Source: the human T2T-CHM13v2.0 reference genome, Homo sapiens. Taken from it: a stretch of 64,000 nucleotides of DNA. The notes below the pieces were generated by a model that searched no databases, was not told where the DNA came from, and was given only the letters and a program-made list of their open reading frames with translations. Positions 50,059 to 64,000 of the stretch are shown in pieces. The stretch lies in the NCBI RefSeq assembly GCF_009914755.1, contig NC_060929.1. One strand, given 5' to 3'. The translations under genes and the position numbers were made by a program. The stretch's first letter is position 1, and each line of letters starts with the position of its first letter.

Positions 50059-50459
50059 CTACTCTGCCATTTTTTAGCTGTTGTTGTTGTTGAGTGGAAA
50101 CTAAGTCTTGGGGTCTGGGTTTTGGTCTTGAATGTTTGTTTGCAAAGTATAGAAGACTCCTGTACTCTAACAAGTGAAAATAACGTAAGAATATTGAACA
50201 TATGCTCACAAAATGATGCAATTAATTCACACTTGGTGAATTGATGGTTAGAGGCTAAGCAGAGAACGTGTCATTTCACTTGACAAATGCTGTTTTGTTT
50301 GTAGCTTGATTATAAGAACCACAAAAGCATGTCATAGTGTAGTTTGAGTGAAAGGATGAAAATATAAATAGAACATTTAAAATCATCAGTTGTTGTGCAA
50401 TTGTCATTCTTTCTGACTGCCTGATACATTTTGAACACTCTTAAGGTATCTGGAGAATT

Positions 50460-50925
50460 CCACAACTATGTTTAGTCTTAGTGGCTTAAAAAGCACAAAC
50501 TTAGTATCTTAGAGTTTTGGTGATCAGAAGTCCGAACAGGTCTCTCTGGGATAAAGTCAAGGTGACAGCAGGCTGCATTCTTTCTGGAGGCTCTAGAATT
50601 GGTCTCTTTGCTTTTTTCAGCTTCTAGAAACTGCCTGTATTCCTTAGGTCATGGCCGTGTTTATCTTCAAAGCTAGTAGCATAGAGTCTTCCGATCTCTC
50701 TGCCCTTTGCTTCTCTGTCACCTCTCCTCCTCTCCCCCACCTGCCTTCCTCCCATAAGGAACCCCTGTGATTAGACAAGGCACACCTGGATAATCCAAGC
50801 TAATTTTCCCACCTCAAGTTCCTCAGTCACATCTGCAAACTCCTCTTTGCCATGTAAGGTAGTATATTACCAATTTCCGGGGTCAGGACATGCATCTCTT
50901 TGGGGGCTGTTTTCTGTGTACCACA
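50460..50925 (-). mobile_element. MLT1C/D-like LTR
   Basis: 'cttagtggcttaaaa...ctggataatccaag...cacatctgcaaactcctctttgccatgtaaggt'. Confidence 0.75.
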
Positions 50926-51063
50926 TCCCCCATTCAATTTCATACCCAGAAACTCACTTTCCCAGCCTCCTTTGCATGGGCTATGGTCAGCATGAGTGAG
51001 GCACTCACCTCACGGGACAAACTTAAGGGGGCGCCAAAAAATGCAGTAATCAAGATAAGTAAC

Positions 51064-51360
51064 TTTTTTTTTTTTTTTGAGACAGAGTCTTGCTCTGTCA
51101 CCCAAGGTGGAGTGCAGTGGCACCATCTCGGCTCACTGCAACCTCTGCCTCCTGGATTCAAGTGATTCTCATACCTCAGCCTGCTGAGGAGCTGGGATTA
51201 CAGGCACATGCCATCACACACAGTTAATTTTTGTATTTTTGGTAGAGATGGGATTGCACCGTGTTGGCCAGGCTGGTCTCAAACTCCTGACCTCAGGTGA
51301 TCTGCCTGCCTTTGCCTCCCAAAGTGCTGGGATTACAGGCCTAAGCCACTGTACCCAGCC
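51064..51360 (-). mobile_element. AluS
   Basis: Reverse dimeric Alu. Confidence 0.94.
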
Positions 51361-52026
51361 TAAGATAAATAAAATTTTAATGCAATATTTCAAAAAATTC
51401 AAAAAATCTATGTTGGTTAACATTTTAAAACAAAGACAGCATTACAGATTTTCCCTTTTGACTTTGGCTTCAATGTGGCCAAGCATGGCGGTATCCTTTG
51501 CAACTAAACAAAGCATGTGACCCAGACTGAATAGATGAGGTGCACTTGTGGTAGGCTTTAACTTAGAGCAAGCAAAAGAAGCAGGGGCCTGGCACACAGC
51601 ATTCATGCCAGCTTGTTTGGGATGCTCATGGCTGAGAGCAGAAGTGGAAAGCATGAGGCCTCAGAGACGTGAGCTGCTTGCCAGGGCCCTTGCTCTGGGA
51701 CAATGTCAGTGGCTTGTGGGCAGTAGGTTGGTGAAACTCAGGTTTTGTTCCTCGTCACACTGCCTATAAACCCATTCTCTGATCAATCAGGAGATTCTGA
51801 GAGTTACTTGTTACCCTTTATGAAACCTCTTTTCTGCTTAAATAACCAATCTACTGTTTTTTGTAACTACCAGCCCTGAATAATGTAACTTATCAGTAAG
51901 GACCATCTGAGTTGGTTGGCACAGGCAAGACAAAGCCACAGGTGCAGATCAATGTTAAAGGGCATCACGCTGGGTCCTTAATCAAGGAAATAAAGCACAC
52001 ATGCCTCATTTAAAAACTCACCCTTG

Positions 52027-52381
<355 letters not shown>

Positions 52382-53575
52382 TCAGTTCCTCACCTGGATA
52401 CTTCACCAGTTCTAAATTAGTAGCTTATTTAGGGCTTTGTTAGTAATAAGAAGATAATGACTTTATCTTTGCACATTGACTAACAAATCAATTCCTGTTG
52501 GAATCATAGGTGCTGGAAGATGTTTCTGATGATATGAGCCTTGGTGCTCTCTCTCTCTCTCTGAGTATTCTGAGAGGGGCAAAATTGTTTGTGATTCCAT
52601 ATTTCAGGATTTCCAGGCCTTATATTCTGGCTCTTAATTTAGCTGATTTTTCTGTGGAGGGTCAAAGATGGCATTGCGACAGTTTGCTCCAAAATTCTCA
52701 CGAGGTATCTGGCTTGTATAACTCCTTTCTTTAAGATATTTCTTGTACAGATCCTTTCTTGGAGAGATTTCTTGTCTTTTTATCCAAGCCTATTTAATTA
52801 AATTGACTATGTATTAGAATCAATTACGCATTTGAAAAATAATTTTCCCCCAATCCCTCAATAACTCTGATTATTATTATTGAATCACAAATCTGTGTCT
52901 AGCAGAAAATAGCAGATACAAATAAGCAAATGTTGAGATTAATAATGAAGGGAGCTTAAGTGAAGTAGGCTGTCAGCTTAGTTAGGACAGCATCCTGTGA
53001 CATTTTGGCAACCTCGAGATCTGTGAAAATTAGCTAAAAATGGCTGTTGGGCTCCAGGTGTTAGCAGACTCATTTTTACTGAACTGAAATCATAGATTTT
53101 TACATGTAAAACCAGGGGTCCTATAGAAGTTCTTCTGTGCTAATTTTTTCCTACCCTTTATTTCTTTCTAACTCCTTCAACTGTGTTACCAAAGTTTAAA
53201 GTGGTTTATGGAAGGTTGACAAGTAGGATGATATAATCAATGACAGTGGCCAAATCAACGCCCTTCCACACTGATGTGAGAAATACTCTTTTATTCCTTT
53301 CAAGTGAAACTAACACGTTTATATATTGGGTATTGACAAAATGCCCAATACTGTCATAGGTATTACCAGAGATAAAAGTAAAAGCTCCGAGGCTTGCCTT
53401 CTAGATACGTAAAATATAATTGGAGAGTGCAAATTTGTATTTAAGAAAAAAATACAGAGTAAGATATGACAGTGTGAAATTAGGTGAAAATTGTGGGGTG
53501 CTGACTACCATATGTAATTTAGGAATTCAGACAAAAGACAGATGAATGCTGGCCAGAGGGAACCATCTAGGACAG

Positions 53576-53664
53576 TTTTCTTTCCCTTCCTTCCTTCCTT
53601 CCTTCCTTCCTTCCTTCCTTCTTTCCTTCCTTCCCTCCTTCCTCCCTCTCTCCCTCCCTCCCTC

Positions 53665-53718
<54 letters not shown>

Positions 53719-53837
53719 GTCTTCCCTCCCTCTTTCCTTTCTTTCTTTCCTTCCTTCCTTCCTTCTTTTCTTTCTTTTCTTTCTTTCTTTCTTTTCTTTT
53801 TCTCCTTTCTTTCTTTCTTTCTTTCTTTTTTTTTTTG
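53576..53837. repeat. ~260-bp (CCTT)n/(CTTT)n polypyrimidine tract
   Basis: Visible directly; a single purine interruption. Confidence 0.95.
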
Positions 53838-54057
53838 ACAACGTCTCATTCTGTCACCCAGGCTGGAGTGCAATGGCACAAACTTGGCTTATTGTGCCTT
53901 AACCTCCTGGGCTCAAGAGATCCTCCTGCCTCAGCCTCTTATGTAGCTGGGACCACAGGCATGCACCACCATGCCTGACTACTTTTTTAATTTTTTTGTA
54001 GGATGGGGTCTCACTTTGTTGCCCAGGCTGGTCTTGAACTCCTGGGCTTACATGATC
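53828..54057 (-). mobile_element. AluJ, 5'-truncated
   Basis: 'ctcctgggctcaagagatcctcc'. Confidence 0.88.
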
Positions 54058-54858
54058 TGGAGAGAGCTTTCTTGAGGGTGGTTGCCTGTGTAGCCTTCTT
54101 CCCCACCAGGTAAACCTTAGAATTTAGAATATGAATTAAAGAATATAAATTCAAGTCATATTTAATTGAGAATATGAATTAAAGAATAAATACGCTAAGA
54201 AGTAGCAGGTTCTCAGCTTAGATTAAGTCAGGAAAAGAAAAAGAAAAAACACTTCAGATATTTCCAGCAAAGAGGTATTTAATATGGAGAATTAGATTAC
54301 AATTTACATTAGATTTAGGTTAGATTTAGATTTACAATAGAATTAAATTACAATTGTTAGACGGGTTGGAGGAGTGGAAAGGAGAGTGTGGTTTTCAGAG
54401 GTCAGGAGCTACAGAAACCTGCTTCCAACTGCTTAGATACCACTAAGGCTTCAAAAGGAAAGATGTGTACTCTCCTTCTTCCTTCTAACCTTCCACAAGA
54501 GCCTCCTGTTGGCAGATCCTTGGCTGGAACCAAGCCGGCATGGGCGTCTGTGAAATGTGGTCTCCATACTTCTAGCCCCTGTGAAGAATCAATAGGCAAT
54601 ATCTAGCTCAGGACTGGTAGGACGCACGTGATGTTTTAGAAGGATTTTTCTGCTAGTGACCAAAGTCCTATTTCCCTAAGAATGCTTTTTCTTTTCTCTT
54701 CTAACCCATTCTGTATCCCATTGCCACTGCTTTTGGGTTTGTTTTTGTCTTGTTGATTTGTATCATATTAACACTTTATGCTTGCTTTACATATGTTGGT
54801 TTTATTTCCCTAACTGGATTTTTTTTTTTCCTAACTAGATTTTTAAAGATTGGGAGCA

Positions 54859-54975
54859 GGCTGGATGCAGTAGCTCACCCCTGTAATGCCAGTACTTTGG
54901 GAGTCCGAGGAGGGAGGATTGCTTGAGCCCAGGAGTTTGAGACCAGCCTGGGCAACAAAGTGGGACCTCGTCTCT
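54859..54975 (+). mobile_element. Alu left monomer (FLAM/AluJ)
   Basis: Single arm 'ggctggatgcagtagctcacc...gagcccaggagtttgagaccagcctgggcaac'. Confidence 0.85.
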
Positions 54976-55014
54976 ATTTTTATTTTTTTAATTAAAAAAT
55001 TTAGAAGCCGAACT

Positions 55015-55480
55015 TCACATACTAGCAAATAATAATCTGTGTGCACAAAGAACAAGACACTGTTCAGGATGCTGAAGGCAGAGCAATGACCAAAACAATC
55101 TTAATCTTACTACAGCTTCCATTCCAGCAAGGAAAACTGAGAATAAACAGCAAATGCATATGTAATATCACATGGAGAAAGATGCTCTGGAGAAAAAAAG
55201 AAAGTATTATAAAGTGATAGTCAAGGACAGTGGTGGGTGTGGCAGGGGGCTACTTCATAAATAATGGTCAGGAAAGAATGCTCTGATAAGAGGAGGGTAG
55301 GATATGAGAGAGAGGGAACCATGTGTGTTTCTGGGGAGAGGTTTCCAAGCAGACAAATGAGGAAATATGGAGTGAGGTGGGAGGTCGCACAGCACATTTG
55401 AGAAACGGCCAGAAGTCCAATGAGGATGGAAAGGAGAGAGCAAGGGGAAGTGGTAAAAAAATAAGATGACAGAAGGGGAA
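55015..55480 (-). mobile_element. L2 fragment
   Basis: 'cttacagcttccattccagc...ggtcaggaaagaatgctctgataagagg...ggggagaggtttccaagcag'. Confidence 0.6.
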
Positions 55481-56224
55481 AGACCATATGCTGCTTATAT
55501 CTTATTTCTTCTGTATCCTTCCTAGAGTTGGCCTTCTTTCGGGAAAGTAGCCATGTTTCACTCCAATCTTCAAACCCAACACCCACCATCTCAAGCATTA
55601 TCATTTTCCCTTCTGTATTTTATTTTGTGTCTTCTCTCCAATGTGGCTCTGTAGCTACATTTATTTTTTCTTTTATTAAATTGCAAAGACCGCTTGCTGG
55701 AATGATGTATAGATTGGTTATTCCTGTAGGCAGGTTGCCCTAGCAACGGGAAAATCTTACCCATTTCAGCAAATTTTATCAATAAAGCAGTCTAACCAGA
55801 GACTAATGTTCACATAATTAAATGTCTGCTGTACTTTTCCTCTGTTCCTTAACCATGGTAATTTTCAGATTGTTAATTAGCCGAGTGCCAATTGATTGAA
55901 TGGCTCCACAGGAGTGGAAACTAAGAAAGCATAATAATAGAATGATCCTAAGCATCACAGGTGACAGCCCCAAATCACCCTCTTGCTTTGGTTTCCAAGT
56001 TAACCACAGCAAATCTTTATCCTTTCCAGGAAGAGGCATACAGTTTCCACGCTGAACACCTGGAATCCATTTAGACTGGCCAGTGTCCACTACCTAAAAA
56101 GCCTTGAGTGCTAAGGAAGCAGTGTTTGGAAGGAGAACAGAGTGTATCCAGTCATGCCAACTGCAGTCTAAGAATGATCAGTGAAGTGGCTCCCTGAAGG
56201 GGCAAAGTGAAATAAATGCATGCC

Positions 56225-56344
56225 AGCCGGGCACGGTGGCTCACACCTGTAATCCCAGCACTTTGGGAGGCCGAGGTGGAAGGATCACTTTCGCCCAGGA
56301 GTTTGAGGCCGGCCTAGGCAATATAGTGAGACTCCATCTCTACC

Positions 56345-56375
<31 letters not shown>

Positions 56376-56550
56376 CAAACAAACAAAAACCCCCAAAATT
56401 AGCTGGTTGTGGTGGTGCATGACTGTAGTCCCTGCTACTCAGGAGGCTGAGGCAGGAGGATGGCATGAGCCTGGAAGGTTGACGCTGCAGTGAGCCGAGA
56501 TTGAGCCACTGCACTCCAGCCTGGGTGACAGAGTGAGACTCTGTCACACG
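56225..56550 (+). mobile_element. AluJ with (AAAAC)n linker
   Basis: TSD aaat(g/a)catgcca. Confidence 0.92.
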
Positions 56551-57087
56551 CAAACACAAAATACATGCCATTCCTTTCAGGTTAAAACTTAAGGTGACCT
56601 CAGGTTCAAATGATAATAGTGGTTACACTGAATATGTGGTCACATATTTGTTAGAAAACATAAACTTTTAAGTATAACCCCCTCTATAAGATCATATATC
56701 CAATTCATTCATAACAGAGTTGCTCAATATGTCCACTTTCTTGCATTCATAAAATGCAATATGTACATTTTTCTGATCTTGTCTGCATTTGTGATTTTAA
56801 AAAAATCCTTCAGAAAAGATGATATCATGATCTTCTATGGCTATAAATGGCATGAATATAGAATCATCTTCATTTTCTTTTGGGGGAAGTTTTCTTTGAA
56901 ACACAACCCAAGTCTTTCTAGGTTCTGTGTCATGCATAGATATCTAATTTGGCATGAAGGATTCTGTGAAATGATTGTTTTGGCTTGCCACTCAATAATA
57001 ATGTAACCTCCTTATTCCGAGGGATGTAGTTCACTACAATGGGAAGGGGTATATATAGGTATTGGAGAGAGACTCCTATCTCTTCAC

Positions 57088-58042
<955 letters not shown>

Positions 58043-58271
58043 CTAAGTTGAAGCAGTCTGTTATCCTCACTGATACTCACTTCCATCACCACTATTTTCC
58101 CCACTGTGAAATGACTAAAATACCATCCACCACTCCTGCTCTGAGAATTAAAAGATAACCTACACAGAGCCTGGCACATAGGAAGCATTCAGTGAACTTT
58201 TTTTCCTTTTCCTTCTCTTGTCCTTAAAAATATACAACATGAAATTAAATAGGATGTAGTCACACTATTGA

Positions 58272-58616
<345 letters not shown>

Positions 58617-59004
58617 ATCTGTTTTATTTTTATAAAAAGAAACATAAAGGTAAGTGAAATGTAAGTGTAATAAATAAATGTAAGTGAAAAGAGTGACTAA
58701 AAACACAAATGCCAAAAGCAATTCCATAGAAAGACTTTAATTTTCTATCACTTTATCCATAAAGGTACCAAATATATATTTCAAAAGATTACTCTCCTTT
58801 TGATAAAATAACTGCAAACCATTGTTTCATGTAAAAATATTAACACATTTCTTGGTATCATCCAATAACTATTCAGTGTCATTATGTTTTACAATTTATT
58901 TTTATAATCAGATTCCAAATAAAAGATACATATATTTTGAAAAAATAAACTTAAGATGATCTCATACCATTGAAATAAATTATTTAGTTACTGGTAAAAC
59001 AAGC

Positions 59005-59359
59005 TCATATGGTTTGGCTGTGTCCCCACTCAAATCTCACCTTGAATTGTAATAATCCCCACATGTCAAGGGCGAGGCCAGGTGGAGATAATTGAATCAT
59101 GGGGGCAGGTTTTTCCTGTGCCGTTCTGGTGACAGTGAATAAGTCTCAAGAGAACTGATGGTTTTATGAAAGGGAGTTCCCCAACAAGCTCTCTTGCCCA
59201 CTTCCATGTAAGACACATCTTTGCTTCCCCTTTGCCTTCCATCATGATTGTGAGGCTTCTCCAGCCATGTGGAACTGTGAGTCCATTAAACCTCTTTCCT
59301 TTATAAATTACCGAGTCTAGGTTATGTCTTTATTAGTAGAGTGAGAACAGACTAACACA
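59005..59359 (+). mobile_element. THE1D-like solo LTR
   Basis: 'atatggtttggctgtgtcccc...tgtaataatccccacatgtcaaggg...gactaacaca'. Confidence 0.88.
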
Positions 59360-59447
59360 CAGGTATATAAAAGATTTTTTTGTTACAATAAGTTGTATCT
59401 CTTGTCTAAAATATTTATAAGCAAACCAAAAAAAAAAAAAAAAGCTT

Positions 59448-60018
59448 GCCTTAGTCAATGAGTCAATGTTCCCAGAGAAACAGTACACACACTGTATTAG
59501 TCCATTTTCATGCTGCTGTATAAGATCTCATGAGACTGACTCACTATCATGAGAACAGCACAGGAAAGACCTGCCCCCATGACTCAATCACCTCCCAATG
59601 GCTCCCTCACACAACACATGGGAATTCAAGATGAGATTTGAGTGGGGACATAGCCAAACCATATCACACATGCATACATATGCACACACATATACATATA
59701 TACATGTGTACATACATTTATCTATTGATTGATTGACTGGAATTGGCTTACATGATTCTGGAGAGTGACAACTCCAAAATTGGTAGGGCAGACTGGTAGG
59801 AAATTTAGCTAAGAGAAACTTCTGTCTTTGCTTTTAAGGCCTCCAACTGATTGGATGAGGCCCATCACATCATGAAAGGTATTGTGTTTTACTAAAAGTC
59901 TACTGATTTCCATGTTAACCACATCCATAAATACCTTGACAGCAACATCTAGACTAGTGTTTAACCAAACAACTGGGCACCATAGCCTAGCCAAGTTGAC
60001 AGGAAAATTAACTATCAC
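59448..60018 (-). mobile_element. MLT2D-like LTR carrying an internally deleted THE1 (59493-59666, minus; TSD cacac/cacat)
   Basis: 'aactgattggatgaggccc...catctagactagtgttt...ccaagttgaca...aattaactatcaca'; THE1 ends tgtattagtcc / gccaaaccatatca. Confidence 0.8.
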
Positions 60019-60308
60019 AAAGCTCAAAACAAGAGATTTGATATTTTGATAGTTCTGGTTTTCTAATGGTAGTTTCTTTTTTAAAATGTAAAGGGACAAA
60101 AAAGAAGTGAAACCAGGATGTAAAAGAAGTATGGCCACCAGGATAAAAGTGATTCTGCTCATAATAGCAACTTCCTTGTCCTTCATCTTTTTCATTTCCT
60201 TAATGATAGCTCTTTTATATGATAAAGCTTTAAGGAAGTTGGGTAGAATATTCATAAGGTGGCTTCATAATTATTTTATATAATACTGTCAAGATAAAAG
60301 AGTAATCA

Positions 60309-60633
<325 letters not shown>

Positions 60634-60748
60634 AGTAATCACCTTGACAACAGAAAACTATTACATATCCTGGGCAAAATTAAAATTTGTATAATTTGAG
60701 ACCTTGTTCCCTAAGATAACATTGTTTCTTTAATGTGATATGGTTTTC

Positions 60749-61430
60749 ATTTATTTTATTTTAGGTTCAGGTGTACATATTCAGGTTTGTTACATAGGTA
60801 AATTCATGTTGCAGAGGTTTAATGTACAGATTATTTTGCCACCTAGGTAATAAGCATAGTACCCAATAGGGAGTTTTTCGATCCTCACCCTCCCCCAACC
60901 CTCCACCATCAAGTAGACTCTGGTGTTTGTGTTCCCCTTTTTGTGTCCATATGTATTCAATGTTTAGCTCCCACTTATAAGTGATAACATGCAATATTTA
61001 GCTTTCTGTTCCTGCGTTAGTTTGCTTAGGAGAATGGCCTCCACCTCTATCCATGTTGCTGCAAAGGACATGATCTCATCCCTTTTCATGGCTGTATAGT
61101 ATTCCATGGCGTGTGTGTACCACGTTTTAAAAATCCAGTCTACCATTGAGCATTGAGGCTGATTCTTTGTCTTTGCTATTATGAGTAGTGCTGCAATGAA
61201 CATATGTGTATGTGTGTCTTTGTGGTAGAATGGTTTCTATTCCTCTGGGTGTACACCCAATAATGGGATTGCTGGGTGGAATGGTAGTTCTGTTTTAAGT
61301 TCTTTAAGAAATCGCCAGAGTGCTTTCCACAATGGCTGAACTAATTTACATTCCCACCAGCAGTGTATAAGCATTCCCTTTTCTTCACAACCTGGGCAGC
61401 ATCTGTAATTTTTTTACTTTTTAATAATGG
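60749..61430 (-). mobile_element. 5'-truncated L1PB/L1PA15-like 3' end
   Basis: ORF2 C-terminal homology MFIAALLIIAK...EYYTAMK; perfect TSD tatggttttc (60739-60748 / 61431-61440). Confidence 0.92.
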
Positions 61431-61726
61431 TATGGTTTTCTTAAGACAAATGATTTTTGTTTTGATAGCACAAGTGTACAGAGGACTAAAATCAATGAAT
61501 TAATTGGTGTTGGGTTTTGGCCTTGCAGAGATGTCTCTCTTCAGCTTGTGTGGTTATAGCATATGTATGTTTATGCAATTTTCCATGACTGTCAGTTTAT
61601 CTCATTAGATGATCTTCTCTTGCACAAAAGGAGCTATGCCTTCAATATCTTTGCAACATCGTCCCAATCTGATTTAGACTTTGCTGATATTGGAACTACA
61701 TTCTGTATTCATAAGGACTGCCACAC

Positions 61727-62186
61727 TGTGATAGTCAACTTTGATGTCGAGTTTATATGTCGCTTTTGCTAGGCTATTGTATTAAGTTATTTAATCAAAC
61801 ATTAATCTAGAGGTTGCTGTGAGAGTATTTTGTAGATGTGGTTAATATCTGCAATCAACTGACTTTAAGTGAAAGAGATTAGCCTTGATAATACAGGTAG
61901 GCCTCAACCAATCCATTGAAGGCCTGAGAGCAAAAACTGAGGCTTCCTCGGGGGAAGAAGAAACTTTGCCCCAAGACTATAAAGTAGAAATCTTGGTAGG
62001 GTTTCTATCCTGTCCCCCGCCCTAAGTATTTCAGTCCTGCCAACTCCCACAGTCACACAAGACAATTCCTTGAAGTAATTCTCTGAAAAATGTGTACATA
62101 TACATTTATATGTATATGTATTTATATTCACACACACACACACACATCCTCTTAATTTTTTTCTCTAAAGAACCCTGAATGATACT
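61727..62186 (+). mobile_element. MLT2D-like LTR
   Basis: 'atttaatcaaacattaatctagaggttgctgtgagagtattttgtagatgtggttaa...aagaaccctgaatgata'. Confidence 0.75.
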
Positions 62187-64000
62187 AACACTAATACTGC
62201 TTTTGTTTGACTCATCTGTTTGCATTATTGAACTTGAAATATGTCTGTTAAAAATCAGCTATCTTTATGAAATTGCTTAGTCCGACGGACATAAGAAATC
62301 ATCTAGGCCATGCTACTGTGGACGTATTTGTATTTCAAACAGTCTGGGAATGGTTGGTGGTTTGGAAAACGTTTTGCATGTTACATTAAATGTAAGGTTT
62401 ATTGAATGCAACGGTACCATCTTATAACACTAATTCATTTGGCTGTGGGATTCAACTTTGAAAGTATTCATTGGCAAATATTCCTAGGATTGAGCTTCTA
62501 GTAATATAATTAGATGAATGAAAGTACCTAAAGTCATGACCAACTTCAAATTATATATATAGTTTTATATATATGGTAGATATATCTGTATATATATCTG
62601 TGTATATCTCTCTCTATATATCTTTATCTCTCTATCTGCAAATGAAAGCATACATGAACACAGGGGTGTGGGAATTGAGAGCATTTAATCATGACTGATG
62701 GGTGAAGTTCAAAGCATGTGGTAAAGATATCTGCACAAAATTTCAGTACCTTAAACAAGGATGCCAGAAACTCTGCTTGGTTTAAAAACAAACACTAGCT
62801 TGAGGATGTGGTTTAGTTTTCTGATAAGGATACAAAAACGGAGAATAGCATGGATGTTTAGGGTATGGACCGATTCGTACACCTTCTCATAATTGCGGCC
62901 AACAGAAATCTGCTTGAGACGAGGCTGGATGTGGAGTTCATTGTTAGCATTTTTCCAGAAAGGCAGCCACAAATATGTAGGCTTTGGAAACTCAACCTGG
63001 AGCCACTTTGTGACAGAGAACAGAAAATTGGCAACAACTGTTTTTTGAAAGTGAATTTTCTGTGTGCGTGTTAAAACATGTGGTTTTACAAATGATCACG
63101 AGTATCACCAAACCCACAGTTTTATTACTCACATAAAGTTTTCTTCTGCTTTCTTGAGTTAACCAATGGAATTGGAGGAGCCTGACATATGAGTATTTAC
63201 AAAAAGTTGGGAAAGCGATGTCAGGAAGTACAGGATTAGAGGGGATGATTTCTGGGTAACTTGCATCGAGCAAAGCGTAACCGCTCCTTTCTGCTGACGC
63301 TGCTTTTTTGAAGGTCATAATCTCTCTCCTCATTGTCAAGTCCAGTGATTTTGAATCTCCCCTTGTTCTCCAGGGCTTCTGCTGGAGCTGCTCCTCCAGC
63401 ATGCTGCTTTCTGACATCACTTTTCTCTGGCCAGTTGTTCTTCTGGTCTGCGGATTTCTCCTCTTTCTCCCAGGCTAGGTTGCTCGAACTTTCTTTTTTA
63501 CAGAATGAAATTTAAGAGCCCCTAAGAATAAAATCATTTGGGGGAAGGATTATTTCATCACTGGGAAAACAAGTTTTCTAGTCTCAACTTTTCCTACCCT
63601 CTGCTACCCTTCTTCCTTACCCTTTGTAAAGAAAAGAATTTTTCAATCACAACAAAGCATGCTAGGAATCCTTCAAAATTAACCAGAGAAAGATATTTCT
63701 TGGGTTGTGACTACTTCACTAAGAAAAGTCTAAAAGACCCCTGGTGTTTCCTGAGATAGATGGGTACCCCAGCTCCAAGGAGCTGGCTTCAGCATGGAAC
63801 CAGGGACATGGGTCCCGGAGGCCCCAGCTGGCAGCACGTGTTGGGAGAAACAGGGCAGGAGAAACTGGGCCTCACAAGGGTAGAACAGAAGGGAGGAAAG
63901 AGAGAGAATGAGATGGACACGGGTACACTTCCCGCAGGCCAGGAGAGCCCCAATGTGCAGGGACAAAAGGTGCCCTTGGGAAAAGTATAGACGTGTTTTC

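Noticed and set aside
53505-53902. Lys/Glu/Arg-rich and Phe/Leu/Ser-rich ORFs (also 11960-12340, 42611-43098)
   Set aside because: Translations of CTTT/CCTT tracts.
54126-54355. 20-bp direct repeat agaatatgaattaaagaata and TTAGAT-like micro-repeats
   Set aside because: Only two copies plus AT-rich slippage; not telomeric and not a regular array.
59809-60255. 148-aa minus-strand ORF
   Set aside because: Runs from AT-rich unique sequence into an MLT2 LTR; no recognisable domain or splice context.
62992-63420. 142-aa minus-strand ORF in unique DNA
   Set aside because: No recognisable homology or coding-like composition; cannot be supported without a search.

Overview
Primate (very likely human) intergenic DNA, about half interspersed repeat, with no multi-exon protein-coding gene that I can support. 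It contains three L1-made retrocopies: an old AURKAIP1 (mS38) processed pseudogene (+, ~9703-10454), a tailless 3'-truncated 7SK copy (+, 49001-49240) and a young full-length FTH1 processed pseudogene (-, 57088-58025). It also has a solo LTR12C (ERV9) with a 4-bp TSD, several THE1/MST/MLT1/MLT2 LTRs, about 39 Alus, and L1, L2, MIR and DNA-transposon relics. From memory only (unverified), a 7SK copy about 8 kb from an FTH1 copy resembles the RN7SKP133/FTH1P10 region of 5p15.1. Most notable: in the FTH1 retrocopy, a junction-created ATG plus a -1 frameshift turn the old 5'UTR/IRE into an 88-aa leader fused in frame to a ferroxidase-intact ferritin body, the same architecture by which mitochondrial ferritin (FTMT) arose. 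Also notable are a templated inverted insertion inside a MER44, a three-level Alu>THE1>Alu nest, an apparent gene-conversion tract between inverted AluYs, and two head-to-head Alus inserted at one endonuclease site. Repeat subfamily names and parent-gene comparisons come from remembered consensus sequences, and many repeat boundaries are approximate.
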